A stretch of 64,000 nucleotides of DNA, taken from positions 124,001 through 188,000 of the forward strand of contig NW_026782573.1 of the NCBI RefSeq assembly GCF_031769215.1, read 5' to 3'. The position numbers and the translations under genes are program-made. Below, one piece after another: positions 61,861 through 64,000 of this stretch (position 1 is the stretch's first letter; each line of letters begins with the position of its first letter). The DNA is from Ylistrum balloti. Lineage: Eukaryota. The notes beneath the pieces were generated by a model. It saw only the letters and a list, made by a program, of their open reading frames with translations. It did no database searches and had not been told where the DNA came from.

Positions 61861-62984
61861 TAAATTTGAGGTTTACTTCAACATTTTGGACCACTTATCT
61901 GAGGAAAGATTATGATAATGATGTTGAAAGACAAGCGGAGTTAATGCAATGGAGCTAATGCTGTGTTCCGCATTCATATGGACGATAATGGATTGACCTG
62001 TGTGTGTTATAAAAGAGGAACAAGAGTACACACTAAATTATAATTTTGCTATTAAAATGTACAAAGGCGATGATAAAATGAATTTTAGTTGTTAGGTCGG
62101 TTTTGTTTTTATGGTGTGCTACACTTTGTTGTTTAAATCATCGAGAAGTGAAAGTAAACTCGATCATCCGTAGAGCTGAATGAAAGTAGAATCCCCCTCT
62201 TACCTAAGCACATCTCTGATGTGATGAAGGCTTAACTACCCCTCATGAACAATGGAACCAAGTTTCCGCTTTTTATTTGGACCTGAGATCTGACTTTGGA
62301 TTTTCGTTGAATTGCTTATACAACAAAGATTGGTTCATGAATAAAAATTAGTATGGAGTGAGGCATTCGTTTATATAACCCATGGGGTCAGGTTATTTAT
62401 ATAAACCATGGGGCCAGGTTACATGTGTGCAGAGGTCATTCATTATGTCAACGAAGGTGAGGTCAGTCGCGCCTTATATAATGACAGGTGCAAGTTAATC
62501 ATTCACCCAACGGGTTTCATGTCATAGAATCCATCTCTTTCATCACACCAGATATTCTCGGATAAGAAGGGGTTGTTTCAAGAGAAAGGTTCATCAACAC
62601 ACTTTCTCAACATTTTGTAACTTAGAACCATCTGAGTTTGAAGTTCTTTTGCAAGTCAGTTTCTTCAACTTACTACTTATAAACATGGTTTTAGTTTTAG
62701 TCTGTATCGATGATTAATTTATTGACATCACTCAAGTATCTAACTTGTTTCCATGATTAATTGTCATTTTTGGCTGCTTTTTTTATGGAAGGAAACTTCG
62801 AAGTGCATATCCCGGTCTCTAAAATATTATATAGATGTAATCTGATAAATGTACACCCAATAGTGAGAGACAGATCCTTGGGATGTTTAATTTCCCGGGT
62901 ATTGTATATTTCAAACAAGAAAGTTCATAGTAATACGTGTACTTATCTACGCCAATCAACTTTGACGGAACGTTTTATGATAAG

Positions 62985-63420
62985 GCGTTGTCCGTACGTC
63001 CGTCAAAAACTTATATTTGTCGGAAGTTTACTCCCATAGTTTAACATGATTAGTTCAAACTTGGTAGGCTTCAACACCATGACATGCAGTTGTATTTTCC
63101 CGAATGGCAGTTTATTTCGACTTTGGAAGAATTACTGGCCATTCATTTCATGGTGTTAATCTTGTTTGAAGATCATCTCTATCAGTGTTAAACTTATTTA
63201 ATAGCATTGTGATTTGGCTGTATTTTGAGGAATTTCTGCCCTTTGTTATTTTTAAAATCTTAATATCATCTGGAGATCTCTCTCAGTTTCTTACCGATTT
63301 CTTTCAAGTCATGATTTTGCTTTCCGAACGACACCTTGATTCGATTGTTTTTGAAAACTCACTGCCCTTTATTTTTTTATAGCATTAATCTTGTTCGAAG
63401 ATCTGTCCGAGTTTGTCACG
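62985..63420 (-). mobile_element. Degenerate HINE/CvA-like element, opposite orientation to 59820-60050
   Basis: cgttgtccgtacgtccgtc remnant, aaacttggt and aattactggcc motifs, and an internal repeat taatcttgtt(t/c)gaagatc at about 63157 and 63386. Confidence 0.38.
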
Positions 63421-64000
63421 ATCAGACAACTGGGAAAACAGATACAATTCTTACGCCCTTCCTGCATGACAAACGTCTCTATAGCGTTTGATAATGATCA
63501 GTATTTCGTTAATACAATGTTTTAAAAATTTCAAAATGAAAGGATTCCTTATAGTATGTTAAAGGTATCAAACGAACATATCTCTAAACAATCTCTAGCA
63601 AAAAGGCGCTTGAACCTATTAACATTTTTTTATTTCCTGCTTTATAGTTTAATGCATTGTTTGGGCCTACTTTATCTAACAATATATGTATTAAAGGTGC
63701 TATTCACGTGCGTCTTTTGAACTATCTTCCATAAATAACACGCAAGGATTTTAGTTGATGAAATAAGGAAATGTGTTGGTTACCAAGATGTGATGTAAGA
63801 TTCCATCCCGAAACCATTGTAACAGCTGTTTAAATAGTTTGACCTCTTTTCCCAACCAAAATAAAATTCACTATTCCACGTAATGGTACCAGACATAATT
63901 ACTAAGCAATTATGAAAGTTTCAGTAGCCATTTTATTTTATTCTGAGTGCTGCAAGAGACTGTAAAGATTCCTGATGACAAACATTTTATCATCCAAACT

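Overview
AT-rich, intron-containing animal genomic DNA, most likely a bivalve mollusc (inferred from intronless nAChR-like paralogs, a coiled-coil C1q-domain gene, HINE/Penelope-like relics and dense minisatellites). From left to right: the last two coding exons of ribosomal protein S13, with a candidate U6-guiding C/D snoRNA in the preceding intron; a compact multi-exon gene model (4398-6616) for a signal-peptide/TM protein that appears to continue through in-frame stops into a Cys-rich P2X7-C-terminus-like domain, plus a decayed inverted copy of that exon; an intronless ETX/MTX2 (aerolysin-like) pore-forming protein; a 4-exon 129-aa CS/p23-like protein on the minus strand; three tandem intronless Cys-loop (nAChR-like) genes lacking the acetylcholine-binding signature; a C1qDC gene; and a stand-alone PHYHIP C-terminal-domain gene with an ADP-ribosyltransferase-like motif pattern. 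Roughly 15% of the window is tandem arrays (23, 23, 30, 32, 34, 39, 45, 46, 56 and 60 bp units), which account for most of the other long ORFs. There is a 214-nt N gap. All gene models were assembled by eye from splice signals and frame continuity, and all family calls rest on remembered motifs, not database searches.
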